Shown: piece by piece, positions 30,250-39,650 of the stretch
How positions within the stretch are numbered: position 1 is the first letter of the stretch
Layout of the letters: each line of letters opens with the position of its first letter
Assembly (NCBI GenBank): GCA_040511255.1
Contig: JBEVHL010000677.1
Coordinates: forward strand, 1-60,346
DNA from: Mycobacterium sp.
GTDB lineage: Bacteria > Actinomycetota > Actinomycetes > Mycobacteriales > Mycobacteriaceae
Direction of reading: 5' to 3'
Length of the DNA: 60,346 nt
Translations under genes and position numbers: made by a program
The notes under the pieces: generated by a model
Database searches by the model: none
The model's input: only the letters and a program-made list of their open reading frames with translations
Told to the model about the DNA's origin: nothing

Positions 30250-30780
30250 TCAGTCGGTCTGTGCTCCGAAGTCGGCCTCGATTCCCATCGCGTGCAAAAG
30301 GCCGCGCACCTTGTCGTCCAATTCGCGACCCACGGCAGCAATCCGTGGATCCGACAGGCTCCCGAACAACGTGCTGGGCTGGTCGAGGCTGAGCACGGCG
30401 TGGCCGGCGTCGTCGCTGTGGACCAGCATGCGCAACGGCGCGTAGAGCAAGGTCAACGGGTCGTGCCGGAACATCCGTTCGGCGATCGTGTGGTTGCCGA
30501 TCAGGTAGGCAGTGACGCGGGTCCGATGCCCGGCCGGTGCCATGAGGGCGGTGTCGTCCAGGCTCGAGAAAATCATCAAGCCGTTGGGGGCGTTCTGCGC
30601 GACGGCGACGAGTATTTCGTCCCACGAACCCCCGCGTCGGACGATGTCGTCGATGGGCGCCTGCTGAAATCTGGGTGCCGCCAATTCGAGTGCGTCGCAG
30701 AACGCGTCGAACGGCATCGTCGTCGAGATGTTCAGACGGGTAACCACATGCGTCGTCGACGTCGTGGCGGCTGTGGTCAT
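30250..30780 (-). CDS. DUF302 domain protein
   Basis: YLIGNHTIAERMFRHDP..YAPLR..DQPST. Confidence 0.8.
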   Translation of the reverse strand: MTTAATTSTTHVVTRLNISTTMPFDAFCDALELAAPRFQQAPIDDIVRRGGSWDEILVAVAQNAPNGLMIFSSLDDTALMAPAGHRTRVTAYLIGNHTIAERMFRHDPLTLLYAPLRMLVHSDDAGHAVLSLDQPSTLFGSLSDPRIAAVGRELDDKVRGLLHAMGIEADFGAQTD

Positions 30781-30818
30781 ACTGCTCCCTCGGGTGGTGA
30801 CGGCTGATGGAAGACGCC

Positions 30819-31721
30819 TCAGCGCTGCACGAAGGGTCCGTCGTGGACGAAGGCCGTGCGGTTGGCGGTGACGAACTCGCTCACTGTCATCGGTGCTCGT
30901 CCGGTGATGACTTCCACGAGGTTGTTCTCACCGGCGAAGACGCCATCCTGGTAGTCCTGGGCCACGCTGCTGACGTGCTGGACGAAGTGCTGACTGGTTC
31001 CCTTCGAGCGCAACAGCTCTGCGAACGAGGGGATGTCCACCGGTTCGTAGTGGGCTGGTATTCCGAGGGTGGTGCTGATCTCCTCGACGATTGCGTAGTG
31101 GTCGTGTTCCTTGGCGCCCACCAGCGGGTAGACCTGCCGATCGTGAGGAGCGGGATTCTGCAGAACGGCGGCGATGACGTTTGCCTGATCGCGTGCAGAG
31201 ATGGGAGCGTGGCGACCAGTGCCGAACGGGAGTCGAAGCACGGCCTCGTCATCGTCGCGGCGCCACGCCCATGTCAGCCATTCGGCGAAGAACGTCGGTC
31301 GCAGATGCGTCGTGATGAACGCCGAGCGGTCCAGGAGGCGTTCGGAGAGCCAATGGTGTTGAGCGGCATGGCTCGTCGCATCTCGACGCGCTGAGATTTG
31401 CGACATGTTCACCACGGCGCCCACGTCGGCCTCGCTCGCCGCCTGGGCGAACATGGCGGTGCTTGCCAGCAGCCCATCGGTCAAGATCGGGTAGCAGAAG
31501 TAGGCTGCGTCCACGCTGGCCATTGCCGAACTGATTGCGTGGAAGTCGAGCAGGTCACCCTCGACGACGTCGGCACCGAGTGCGCCCAGAGCGTCGGAGC
31601 GCTCGTCGATGGTGTGGACGAACGCGCGCACTCGGTGGCCCGCGTCAAGGAGGATCTCGACGGTCGGTGCTGCGGTGTTCCCCGTAGCTCCGGTGATGAG
31701 GAAGAGTTGGTCTGACGCCAT
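30819..31721 (-). CDS. NmrA-family NAD(P)H-binding protein
   Basis: LITGATGNTA, HLRPTFFAEW; AAGGAG RBS. Confidence 0.88.
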   Translation of the reverse strand: MASDQLFLITGATGNTAAPTVEILLDAGHRVRAFVHTIDERSDALGALGADVVEGDLLDFHAISSAMASVDAAYFCYPILTDGLLASTAMFAQAASEADVGAVVNMSQISARRDATSHAAQHHWLSERLLDRSAFITTHLRPTFFAEWLTWAWRRDDDEAVLRLPFGTGRHAPISARDQANVIAAVLQNPAPHDRQVYPLVGAKEHDHYAIVEEISTTLGIPAHYEPVDIPSFAELLRSKGTSQHFVQHVSSVAQDYQDGVFAGENNLVEVITGRAPMTVSEFVTANRTAFVHDGPFVQR

Positions 31722-31773
31722 CGTGCTGTCTCCTTGAGAATCGTTGTGCCGCTGCGTGACACCGACCATCCGG

Positions 31774-32649
31774 CTAGGGTCGGCTCAGGAGGACGTCGGC
31801 GAACGCGTGGGGTCGTTCCATTGCACAGAAGTGACCGGCGTCGTCGATCGTCCGCACCGTTGCGGCCGGGATCGCCGCCGCAGTGCTCCGCCGGTCACCG
31901 GTTCGTGACCAGTCCTGGCTGGTGTAGATGAGCGTCACGGGCACGCTGATTGCTGCGTAGCTGCTGCGCGCCGCGATGAGGGTCGGCAAGTTCTTATATA
32001 TCGATCGGGCGACGCGCGAATAGCCGGGCCGCTTTCCGACCCGCATGAGTTCGTCGACGAATGGAGCCGGCAGCCGGGTGGGATCGGCGTATCCGCCGCT
32101 CATGATGCCCTTCAGGATGGGCTTGTTCTCCAGGCTGGCGAAGGTGGGGCCGACGATTGGCGCACGCACCGAGGAGACGATGAACCGCGCCAACGGGTTC
32201 GCGCGTTCCAACCCGCCCGGATAGTCGTAGACGTTGGAGGCGACCACGCGGGTGACTCGTTCGCCCAGTTCGACGGATGCGGTCAGTGCGATGGCCGCCC
32301 CCATCGATTCACCAGCCAAGGTGACGTCGGCCAGGTCGAGACCACGGACGAATTCCACTATGGCGCTTTGCAGATCTGCTTGGTCATAGTGCGCGTCCGG
32401 TAGAATGTCAGACCAACCCATACCTGGGAAATCCACTGCATAGACGCGGTAACGTCCAGTCAGCAGGGGTATCACCCGCTGGAAGTAGTCCAGCTGGGTA
32501 CGCACGGTGTGCATCAGCACGAGCGGGGGTCCGTCGCCGCTGACGACGTAACGCAGTCGGCTGCCGTCGGCACGGGTGAACCATTTACCGGGCGCGTCGG
32601 ACCACGTCGCCAGGTAGGTGAACGGTGACTCAATCAGTTCGGCGGTCAT
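31774..32649 (-). CDS. Alpha/beta fold hydrolase
   Basis: DFPGMGWS, GESMG, DAGHF; TATACT + 6 nt + ATG suggests a leaderless start. Confidence 0.88.
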   Translation of the reverse strand: MTAELIESPFTYLATWSDAPGKWFTRADGSRLRYVVSGDGPPLVLMHTVRTQLDYFQRVIPLLTGRYRVYAVDFPGMGWSDILPDAHYDQADLQSAIVEFVRGLDLADVTLAGESMGAAIALTASVELGERVTRVVASNVYDYPGGLERANPLARFIVSSVRAPIVGPTFASLENKPILKGIMSGGYADPTRLPAPFVDELMRVGKRPGYSRVARSIYKNLPTLIAARSSYAAISVPVTLIYTSQDWSRTGDRRSTAAAIPAATVRTIDDAGHFCAMERPHAFADVLLSRP

Positions 32650-32654
32650 TCGAC

Positions 32655-32677
32655 GAGTATATGACCGGTCGTCTTGA
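32655..32677. promoter_or_regulatory. Operator ATGACCGGTCGT overlapping minus-strand -10 TATACT
   Basis: 21/23 identical to 20551-20573. Confidence 0.6.
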
Positions 32678-32943
32678 TTGTCACGGGGGTCTCGTGCTGT
32701 CGGCCCGGCCCGGTGGTGGACCGCACACCGGACCGTTTGCCCCGACACGCGGTTTGCCTGTGACCCGGGACTTCGCGCCGCCTGCATCGTCAAGCAACGG
32801 AGCTCGTCGTATCGTGGGCGTCTGACATCGAGGCAAGCGAGGGTGGCCCCAGGAAAGACGTCCTGGGTATAGTGAGACTTACTCAGGATGACTGCGGGAT
32901 TCCCCGTCGTAGCCCTGCGGCCCCAAGATAGGAGCGCTATCTC

Positions 32944-34068
32944 GTGTCGAAAGCTGTTCAGACGCCGTCACGTTCAGATCGCGCAACGTCGACGATCTTC
33001 GTGGTTGGCGCCACCGGAGCCCAGGGCATGCCGGTGGTGAAGGCCCTCGTTGACGACGGCACATACTCCGTACGGGCGCTGAGTCGCGACAAAACGTCAG
33101 AGCGCGCCGAGTCGCTGACCGCGCTCGGGAACGTCACGATCCTTGAAGGCTCCTTCGCTGACGAGGACGTACTGCGGCAAGGACTACGCGGCTGCGACGG
33201 TGCCTTTATCAACATCAACGGGTTCAACACCGGCGAGAAGACCGAGATGTACTGGGCCATCAGGGCATACGAGATAGCTCTGGAGGAAGGCGTCGAATTC
33301 TTCGTCTACGGCAATCTGGACTACGGACTGAAGGCAGCTGGTTACGACTCCCGATTTCGCACCGGCCATTACGACGGCAAGGGCCGTATCGGCGAATGGA
33401 TCCTCTTCCAGAATCAGACGAACCGCAACCGCATGGGGGCTGCGCTGTTCACCACGGGCCCTTATATGGAGATGGTGCTCTCACCCGGAACGCCGATGAC
33501 GCCCACCTTCGAAGACGGTGTCCTCACGTGGAGGGTGCCACTCGGGGACGGTGCAGTCCCGCATGTCGCCTTGGAGGACTGCGGGTTCTACGTGCGCTGG
33601 CTATTCGACCACGCCGAGCTGTCCAACGGCATGAACCTCGCCGTAGCCATCGATCACGTGAAGTATGCCGACCTCGCCACTGCTTTCGAAGAGGTTACTG
33701 GCCACCCGGCACGGTTCATCGACACCGACCTGGACACATACTGGCAGAGCGGACCGTTCGCCGCCAGGGCGGACGCCCCGGCCGGCTACAACGCCGACCC
33801 CGCTGACAAGGCCACCATGTCGGTACGCCAGAACTTCACCGGGTTTTGGAATCTCTGGAAGCACGACATCATCGAGCGCAATTACCCGTTGCTCGACGAG
33901 ATTCACCCGAATCGCATTCGCACGGTGGAGGAATGGCTACGTCGACACGACCAGGCGGGACGAGACCTTGGCAAGGGATCGCTCTGGGATCGCGTACAAC
34001 CCGAGAACTGGAAGGCCGAATCGGCGATCTTGAAGGGCAGCGCCGATGGGCGTCGAGGCAAGCTCTAG
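32944..34068 (+). CDS. NmrA-family NAD(P)-binding protein
   Basis: VVGATGAQG, GHYDGKG; AGGAG RBS. Confidence 0.85.
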   Translation: MSKAVQTPSRSDRATSTIFVVGATGAQGMPVVKALVDDGTYSVRALSRDKTSERAESLTALGNVTILEGSFADEDVLRQGLRGCDGAFININGFNTGEKTEMYWAIRAYEIALEEGVEFFVYGNLDYGLKAAGYDSRFRTGHYDGKGRIGEWILFQNQTNRNRMGAALFTTGPYMEMVLSPGTPMTPTFEDGVLTWRVPLGDGAVPHVALEDCGFYVRWLFDHAELSNGMNLAVAIDHVKYADLATAFEEVTGHPARFIDTDLDTYWQSGPFAARADAPAGYNADPADKATMSVRQNFTGFWNLWKHDIIERNYPLLDEIHPNRIRTVEEWLRRHDQAGRDLGKGSLWDRVQPENWKAESAILKGSADGRRGKL

Positions 34069-35188
34069 GGTCCGGCCAGCCGCTGCGGTGCCGAGACGAC
34101 ACGTCGCTGCTGTCACCGGCGGCGAAATCTCCTACCTGGCAGCCGGTCCCAGCGACGGGCCCCTGGTCGTGTTGGTCCACGGCTGGCCTGCCACCGCAGC
34201 AACCTGGGCACCTCAACTTCAGGAACTGGGGTCCGCAGGCTTCTGCGTCATCGCACCTGACATGCGTGGTTATGGCGGGTCCTTCGTTCCGCGGACGCCG
34301 ACGGCGTACGCGCTGCGCCATCTCGTCGAGGATCTCCGCAGTCTGATCGGCCACCGGGACCGGCAATCCGCGGTGTGGGTGGGCCACGATTGGGGGGCGG
34401 CGGTCGTCTGGGCGTTGGCCGCACACCATCCCGAGATATGCTCCGCGGCAGCAGGTCTCGTTGTGCCTTACCGTACGCTTGATCGCGGGCTGGAGACCCT
34501 GGTGACGTACGTCAACCGGGCGATTTACCCGCTGAGCGAATTTCCGTACGGACAATTCGACTACATGGCGTACTTCGAAGAGTCCTTCGCCGAGGTGACC
34601 GCGCTCTTCGACACGGCTCCCGACAGGGTGGTCCGGGCCCTCTACCGACCCGGTGACCCATCGATCATGGAAGGCCGTTCGCCACGATCTACCGTGCGAC
34701 GCGACGGCGGTTGGTTCGGTGGGGCGACGGTACTGCCCGACCTGCCCCGCGATGCCAACATCCTCGGTGACGAGGTCTACGACGACCTGGTCGACACCCT
34801 GAGGTCGAACGGCTTCTTCGGGCCGAACAGCTATTACCTCAACCACGTCGACAACAACCGCTACAGCGAGGAGTCCGTCGATGGGGGATTCCTTCACATG
34901 CCGACACTCTTCATCGAGTCCCAGTACGAGCCCACGGCCGACACGATCCGCACACGGCTTGCCGAGCCGATGCGTGAACGTTGCACCAACCTCACCGAGG
35001 TCAGCCTCGCGGCGGGACACTGGGTCGGCCTGGAGAAGCCGAGCGAGGTCAACGCGGCGCTGGCGCAGTGGATGCAAGCCGCCGTCCATCCCCACGGTGG
35101 GAGACGCCGGCGTCGGCACCCTGGCGGCTCGTATGCGGTTGCCGCAGAAAAGAATTCACATGGACGCCATCCACATCAGAGGAAGTAG
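34046..35188 (+). CDS. Epoxide hydrolase-like alpha/beta hydrolase (start may be GTG 34088)
   Basis: HGWP oxyanion motif, PDMRGYG, GHDWG nucleophile Asp, AGHW. Confidence 0.85.
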   Translation: MGVEASSRVRPAAAVPRRHVAAVTGGEISYLAAGPSDGPLVVLVHGWPATAATWAPQLQELGSAGFCVIAPDMRGYGGSFVPRTPTAYALRHLVEDLRSLIGHRDRQSAVWVGHDWGAAVVWALAAHHPEICSAAAGLVVPYRTLDRGLETLVTYVNRAIYPLSEFPYGQFDYMAYFEESFAEVTALFDTAPDRVVRALYRPGDPSIMEGRSPRSTVRRDGGWFGGATVLPDLPRDANILGDEVYDDLVDTLRSNGFFGPNSYYLNHVDNNRYSEESVDGGFLHMPTLFIESQYEPTADTIRTRLAEPMRERCTNLTEVSLAAGHWVGLEKPSEVNAALAQWMQAAVHPHGGRRRRRHPGGSYAVAAEKNSHGRHPHQRK

Positions 35189-35194
35189 AACAAC

Positions 35195-35700
35195 ACGGTC
35201 TCAGTAGCCAGCAAAGTCGCTGTGGTCACCGGCGGCGCCCGTGGGTTGGGGGCGGCGCTGGTCGACGAACTTTCGACGCGTGCGCGCTCAAAGTCCAATC
35301 CGCCGTGCTCATTACGCACTCCGACGCCCGCGGCGGTCGTCACTCATGTGTTGGACGTGCGATCACAGGAATCGGTCGACGCGCCGGCCCAGGCGGCGCC
35401 CGACGCCGAGATCGTCTCAACAACACCGGCATCTTCTTGGTGATGTATGGCGACAGGCAGAGCTCTGTCCCTCGGGCCCGCGGAATGAATTATGTCCGTG
35501 CCTGACCGCGTCGGCTCAGCGATTCACCTAGGCGTCCCGATCTGGCGTCGACGACGGCGTAGCCAATCTCACCGGGACCAGATCGAACTGGGACAACAAT
35601 TCCGACGACCATGCAGCCGTCGCCAACAAACTGTGCTCCCTGCTGGGTCGCCACGGAGTCACGTGCGCCATAACAAGTTTCGCTTCGTCGCATGACCATG
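35195..35700 (+). pseudogene. Frameshifted SDR oxidoreductase remnant
   Basis: KVAVVTGGARGLGAALVDEL and LDVRSQESV in one frame, NNTGI in another; no intact ORF. Limits approximate. Confidence 0.7.
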
Positions 35701-35861
35701 CGGGCGTCGTCGACATTTTTCCCAGGCGCTGCCTTGGCTGGCCGGAAATATCGGTACCCCCGGCGAAGACTCCATACCGCTTCCTGGCGCCCCAGCCCTG
35801 TAGCTACCGGCGCCCGACGATAGGCGCACCCAGGAGCTTTTGCCAGCGTCTGATCCGGGAA

Positions 35862-36914
35862 CTACCCGCCGGGTGCATGCTGGCCGATGCCCGTCGTGCG
35901 AAAGCGACTTCGGTAGGTCCCTGGGGAAATCCCGAGATTGCGTTGGAAGGTGCGCCGCATCGTGTCAGAGCCACCGAATCCTGATCGATGCGCGACGGCT
36001 TCTTGACTGCTGTCTCCGGTTGCCAGATGCACTTTTGCGGCCTCCAGTCGAGCTTGTTCGACGAACCTGGCGGGCGTCATTCCCACCTGGTCTCCGAACA
36101 TGCGCACCAGATGCCGCTCGCTGACCGCCGCGCGTGCGGCAATCGCCGCGTTCGAATGGTCGGCGCTGGGATCGGCGACTATGGAGTCCAGAATTTCGCG
36201 GAGACTTGTCGTCACCGGCAGTGCTGCTTGAGCCCAGACACTGAATTGGGCTTGGCCGCCGGGCCGCTGGAGGAAGACGACTACCCATCGCGCCACGCGT
36301 CGGGCCACGGCGGGTCCATAGTCGCTTTCCACCAGAGCGAGCGCCATATCGGTACCTGCGCTGATGCCGGCCCCGGTCATGAAAGGGCCGTCCCGCACGA
36401 ACAGTGAATCAGGATCGACCTCCACCCTGGGGTAGAGGGAGGCCAGTGCTTGGCAGTGTGCCCAGTGGGTGGTCGCGCGCCTGCCATCGAGGAGCCCGAG
36501 TGCTGCGAGGACGAAGGCGCCGGTGCAGACCGAGGCGATACGTCGCGCACGGGGGGCAAGTGCGCGCACCATGGCCTTGGCGCATTCGTTGCCGTCAGGC
36601 GTCTGTTCCTCGGGGATATCGTGTTCACCCGCGGTGAAGGTAAAGGCCGGCGGTACTCCGCCGGGCACGATGAGTGTGTCGATCACCTCCGGTACGTCGG
36701 CCAACGGCATATCCACGTTGATCGATGCATAGGCGGTGGTCGCGACGGCCTCACCTGTGGGCGAAGCCAGGATGACCCGGTACTGCGCACCAAAGTCGTT
36801 GGCGCGCGCGAAGATCTCCAATGGTGCCGTTACGTCGAGCAATGTCACTTTGTCGTACAAGGCGAAAACCACTGTCTTCGGTTCGTTCGCGTTGTGTCTG
36901 GAATCGTCGGCCAT
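35862..36914 (-). CDS. GlxA-family regulator (DJ-1/PfpI + AraC HTH)
   Basis: SVCTGAF, GRRATTHW, AGISAG, RPGGQAQFS. Confidence 0.92.
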   Translation of the reverse strand: MADDSRHNANEPKTVVFALYDKVTLLDVTAPLEIFARANDFGAQYRVILASPTGEAVATTAYASINVDMPLADVPEVIDTLIVPGGVPPAFTFTAGEHDIPEEQTPDGNECAKAMVRALAPRARRIASVCTGAFVLAALGLLDGRRATTHWAHCQALASLYPRVEVDPDSLFVRDGPFMTGAGISAGTDMALALVESDYGPAVARRVARWVVVFLQRPGGQAQFSVWAQAALPVTTSLREILDSIVADPSADHSNAAIAARAAVSERHLVRMFGDQVGMTPARFVEQARLEAAKVHLATGDSSQEAVAHRSGFGGSDTMRRTFQRNLGISPGTYRSRFRTTGIGQHAPGG

Positions 36915-37141
36915 TTGTCCTGTGCTGCCCTTCCGTCTGCCTCTCCGGGATACGACACTCAACTGCACAGGTCACCGGCGATCTGGGAGAAGACGATCAA
37001 CTTATCCGGGTTCTGTTACCGCGGCGTTGCGGACTATTACGAATCCCGAATAGACCCCTGTTGTCGGCGTTGACAACTCAGAGATCCGGCAGGCATTCAC
37101 CGAATGCCGCTGCTGCCGTGCCGATTTAGAGAGTGGTTCGG

Positions 37142-37657
37142 GTGTCAGAAAAGAATGCGTTAACACTGAGCATCGGAGTCCTCGGCGCTGTCGCCGTGTG
37201 GCTGACCGCGTTCCTCATCCAGGTGCCCGTCTGGGTGGTGTTCATCGCCTGGGCGTCCTTCTTCATCCTTGGCGGCGGGCCGCGTGGACTGCTGCGATCA
37301 GCAGCGAGCAACCTGACCGGAATCGTGATCGCCTCGCTGTGTCTGCTCGTCGCACAGCAAGCGGATCTCGGGCCGTGGCTCACGGGTGTCGTCGTCGGAA
37401 TCGGCAGCGCGCTCATGGTGGCGGTGTCGCGAGTCCAGCTGCTTGCAGCGATCCCCGCCATCGTGTGGGGATTCGCTTCCACGGTGGGTACCACCGCGGT
37501 GACAAATCGGGAGATGCTCTACTCCGATCCCATCGGGCACCCCGTCCTGATCGTCGTCACAGCAATGCTGCTAGGCGGCCTTTTCGGCCTTGCCTCAGAA
37601 GCACTGGCGAAGGTCATGACCACCACCCGGCACGAGAGTCAGGAAGCAACCGCATGA
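37142..37657 (+). CDS. DUF1097-like membrane protein
   Basis: VWVVFIAWASFFILGG, SNLTG, IPAIVWGFAS; about 6 hydrophobic segments; start 37133 or 37142. Confidence 0.7.
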   Translation: MSEKNALTLSIGVLGAVAVWLTAFLIQVPVWVVFIAWASFFILGGGPRGLLRSAASNLTGIVIASLCLLVAQQADLGPWLTGVVVGIGSALMVAVSRVQLLAAIPAIVWGFASTVGTTAVTNREMLYSDPIGHPVLIVVTAMLLGGLFGLASEALAKVMTTTRHESQEATA

Positions 37658-38409
37658 AGCTGCAGCACACACTCGGAGGGCTCGAGGGCCTTGGCTCCAT
37701 CAACTTCGAGAAAAGAGTCTTCGTCGAAGACTGGGAAAAGCGCATCTTCGGCATCCACACAGCGTTGATGGGATTGAGTGACTCTCTGCGAGAGGCACTT
37801 CCGGGATACGACCTCGATTCGGCAGGTACCTCCTTCCGCACCACGTGGACATGGGCCGACCTCCGCAAGGGCGCCGAGGCGATGAACCCGTTCGACTATT
37901 TCAAGTTTCGCTACTACGAGAAGTGGCTCGGCGGCATCAGCGGATACTGCATCGATCAGGGCTACCTGACCGAGGGCGAATTGGCCGCAGCCATCGACCA
38001 GTGCCGCAGTGCGGCTGACGCCCACCTACCGGAGAACACAGGTACGGCCATCGACGAACAGGTCATTCGCTATCTGCGCCAGGGGGATTCGCCCCGGCGC
38101 GGTCCGGCGACACCTCGGTTCGCCGTCGGGGACATGGTCGTCATCGCCAATCCACCTTCTGGCGACCACACCCGCCTCCCCGGTTTTCTCCGCGGACACC
38201 AGGGCGCCGTGGAGTCGGTCGCGGAGGGCAACTACACCTACTTCTGCTCCACCGGGGGCGATGGGCTCGGAGAGCCGGTGCCGGTCTACATCGTCCGGTT
38301 CGACCCGGCGGTGTTGTGGGGTGCGATGGCAGAAGCACAGGGCAGCCCCGTCTATGCCGAGCTCTACGAGCCGTATCTGACCCCAACCACCAACGCCGAA
38401 GGAGTGTAG
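37654..38409 (+). CDS. nthB: Nitrile hydratase beta subunit (divergent)
   Basis: HTLGGLEG, F...WEKRIFG, YYEKWL, HTRLPGFLRG; ATGA overlap. Confidence 0.85.
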   Translation: MKLQHTLGGLEGLGSINFEKRVFVEDWEKRIFGIHTALMGLSDSLREALPGYDLDSAGTSFRTTWTWADLRKGAEAMNPFDYFKFRYYEKWLGGISGYCIDQGYLTEGELAAAIDQCRSAADAHLPENTGTAIDEQVIRYLRQGDSPRRGPATPRFAVGDMVVIANPPSGDHTRLPGFLRGHQGAVESVAEGNYTYFCSTGGDGLGEPVPVYIVRFDPAVLWGAMAEAQGSPVYAELYEPYLTPTTNAEGV

Positions 38410-38414
38410 ACACC

Positions 38415-39053
38415 ATGGCTGAGCAGTTTGACTATCCCTCCGACCGCGAGTCGGTAAGTGCAGCGAAAGTGCAAGCGCTGGAGGCCCTTCTGATCGAGAA
38501 GGGCGTGATCACCAGCACCACCGTCGACAAAGTGCTCGGCTATTTCGAGTCGGAGATGACACCGCTGAACGGCCAGAAGATCGTGGCTCGGGCGTGGGTC
38601 GACGACGAGTTCGCCAGACTTCTGGCCAAAGATGCGCCCGCCGCCATCGCGCAGCTGGATCTCCCCGACGGGATGGCCGGCGCCGAGGGCGAACACATCG
38701 CCGCCGTCGTCAACGAACCAGGCGTGCACAATCTGGTCATCTGTACGTTGTGCTCCTGCTTTCCCTGGCCGGTGCTGGGTCTGCCGCCCTATTGGTACAA
38801 GGATCCGGTGTTCCGCGCCAGGGCGGCCCGTGAACCACGCGCCGTTCTGACCGAACTCGGCGTACCGCTAGACGATGACACCGAGGTCAGGGTGTGGGAC
38901 TCCAGCGGACATTCCCGGTGGTTCGTGGTGCCCTCTCGTCCACAGGGTACCGACGGGTTGTCCGAGGAAGAACTCGCCCAGTTGGTCACCACCGAATCGA
39001 TGATCGGAGTGGCCATCGTAGAGCCGCCTGTAACAGTGGGAAGCAACGCATGA
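38415..39053 (+). CDS. nthA: Cobalt-type nitrile hydratase alpha subunit
   Basis: VICTLCSCFPWPVLGLPPYWYK, VRVWDSS, LVTTESMIG. Confidence 0.92.
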   Translation: MAEQFDYPSDRESVSAAKVQALEALLIEKGVITSTTVDKVLGYFESEMTPLNGQKIVARAWVDDEFARLLAKDAPAAIAQLDLPDGMAGAEGEHIAAVVNEPGVHNLVICTLCSCFPWPVLGLPPYWYKDPVFRARAAREPRAVLTELGVPLDDDTEVRVWDSSGHSRWFVVPSRPQGTDGLSEEELAQLVTTESMIGVAIVEPPVTVGSNA

Positions 39054-39427
39054 CCACCAGCGACGTCGAGTACGACGACACCGGCAAGGTCCGTTTCCAC
39101 GACAGCTGTGTGACCGACATGAATCAGCCCACGTTCCAGGAGGATTGGCAACGCCGCGCCTTTGGGCTGGCCGTTGCACTGTCCGAGTTCGACCACTACA
39201 GCTGGGACGACTTCCAAGGTGAGCTGATCCGGTCGATCGACACGTGGGAGAAAGAAGGCAAGGCAGCCAGTTCTTGGGAGTACTACGACCACTGGGTAGC
39301 TGCGCTACAGCGGGTGGTCGACGAGCACGGGCTTCTCGCCGACGGCTACGTAGGCCCCCGCGAGCGCGACCACGACCATGACCACGACGACCCCGACGAC
39401 CACGAACCGCTGGAGGAGACAGCATGA
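39050..39427 (+). CDS. Nitrile hydratase accessory/activator protein with His/Asp tail
   Basis: PTFQEDWQRRAFGLAV, YYDHWVAAL, DHDHDHDDPDDH. Confidence 0.85.
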   Translation: MTTSDVEYDDTGKVRFHDSCVTDMNQPTFQEDWQRRAFGLAVALSEFDHYSWDDFQGELIRSIDTWEKEGKAASSWEYYDHWVAALQRVVDEHGLLADGYVGPRERDHDHDHDDPDDHEPLEETA

Positions 39428-39636
39428 CATACACCACCACCGTTGCCCCGGGGATTGACATCCCCTCGATCCCGCTGGGGAAGATCGCACCGTGGGCCGT
39501 GCTCTTCGGGCTGCTCGCGCTGCTCGCGGTGTTCTTCATCAGCACTGAGCAGGGCGCGATCTCTATGCTGTCGGGAACCGGTGTCCACGAATGGGTGCAC
39601 GACGCCAGGCATCTGCTGGGCTACCCATGCCATTGA
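39424..39636 (+). CDS. cbtB: Cobalt transporter subunit CbtB
   Basis: One TM segment, then VHEWVHDARHLLGYPCH. Confidence 0.9.
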   Translation: MTYTTTVAPGIDIPSIPLGKIAPWAVLFGLLALLAVFFISTEQGAISMLSGTGVHEWVHDARHLLGYPCH

Positions 39637-39650
39637 GAAGCGAGCCGCTG

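Noticed and set aside
37654-39053. Thiocyanate hydrolase (scnABC) call
   Set aside because: Two-subunit layout with an intact beta chain, and Trp (FPWP) where the SCNase gamma subunit, as recalled, has Arg (YPRP); not excluded experimentally
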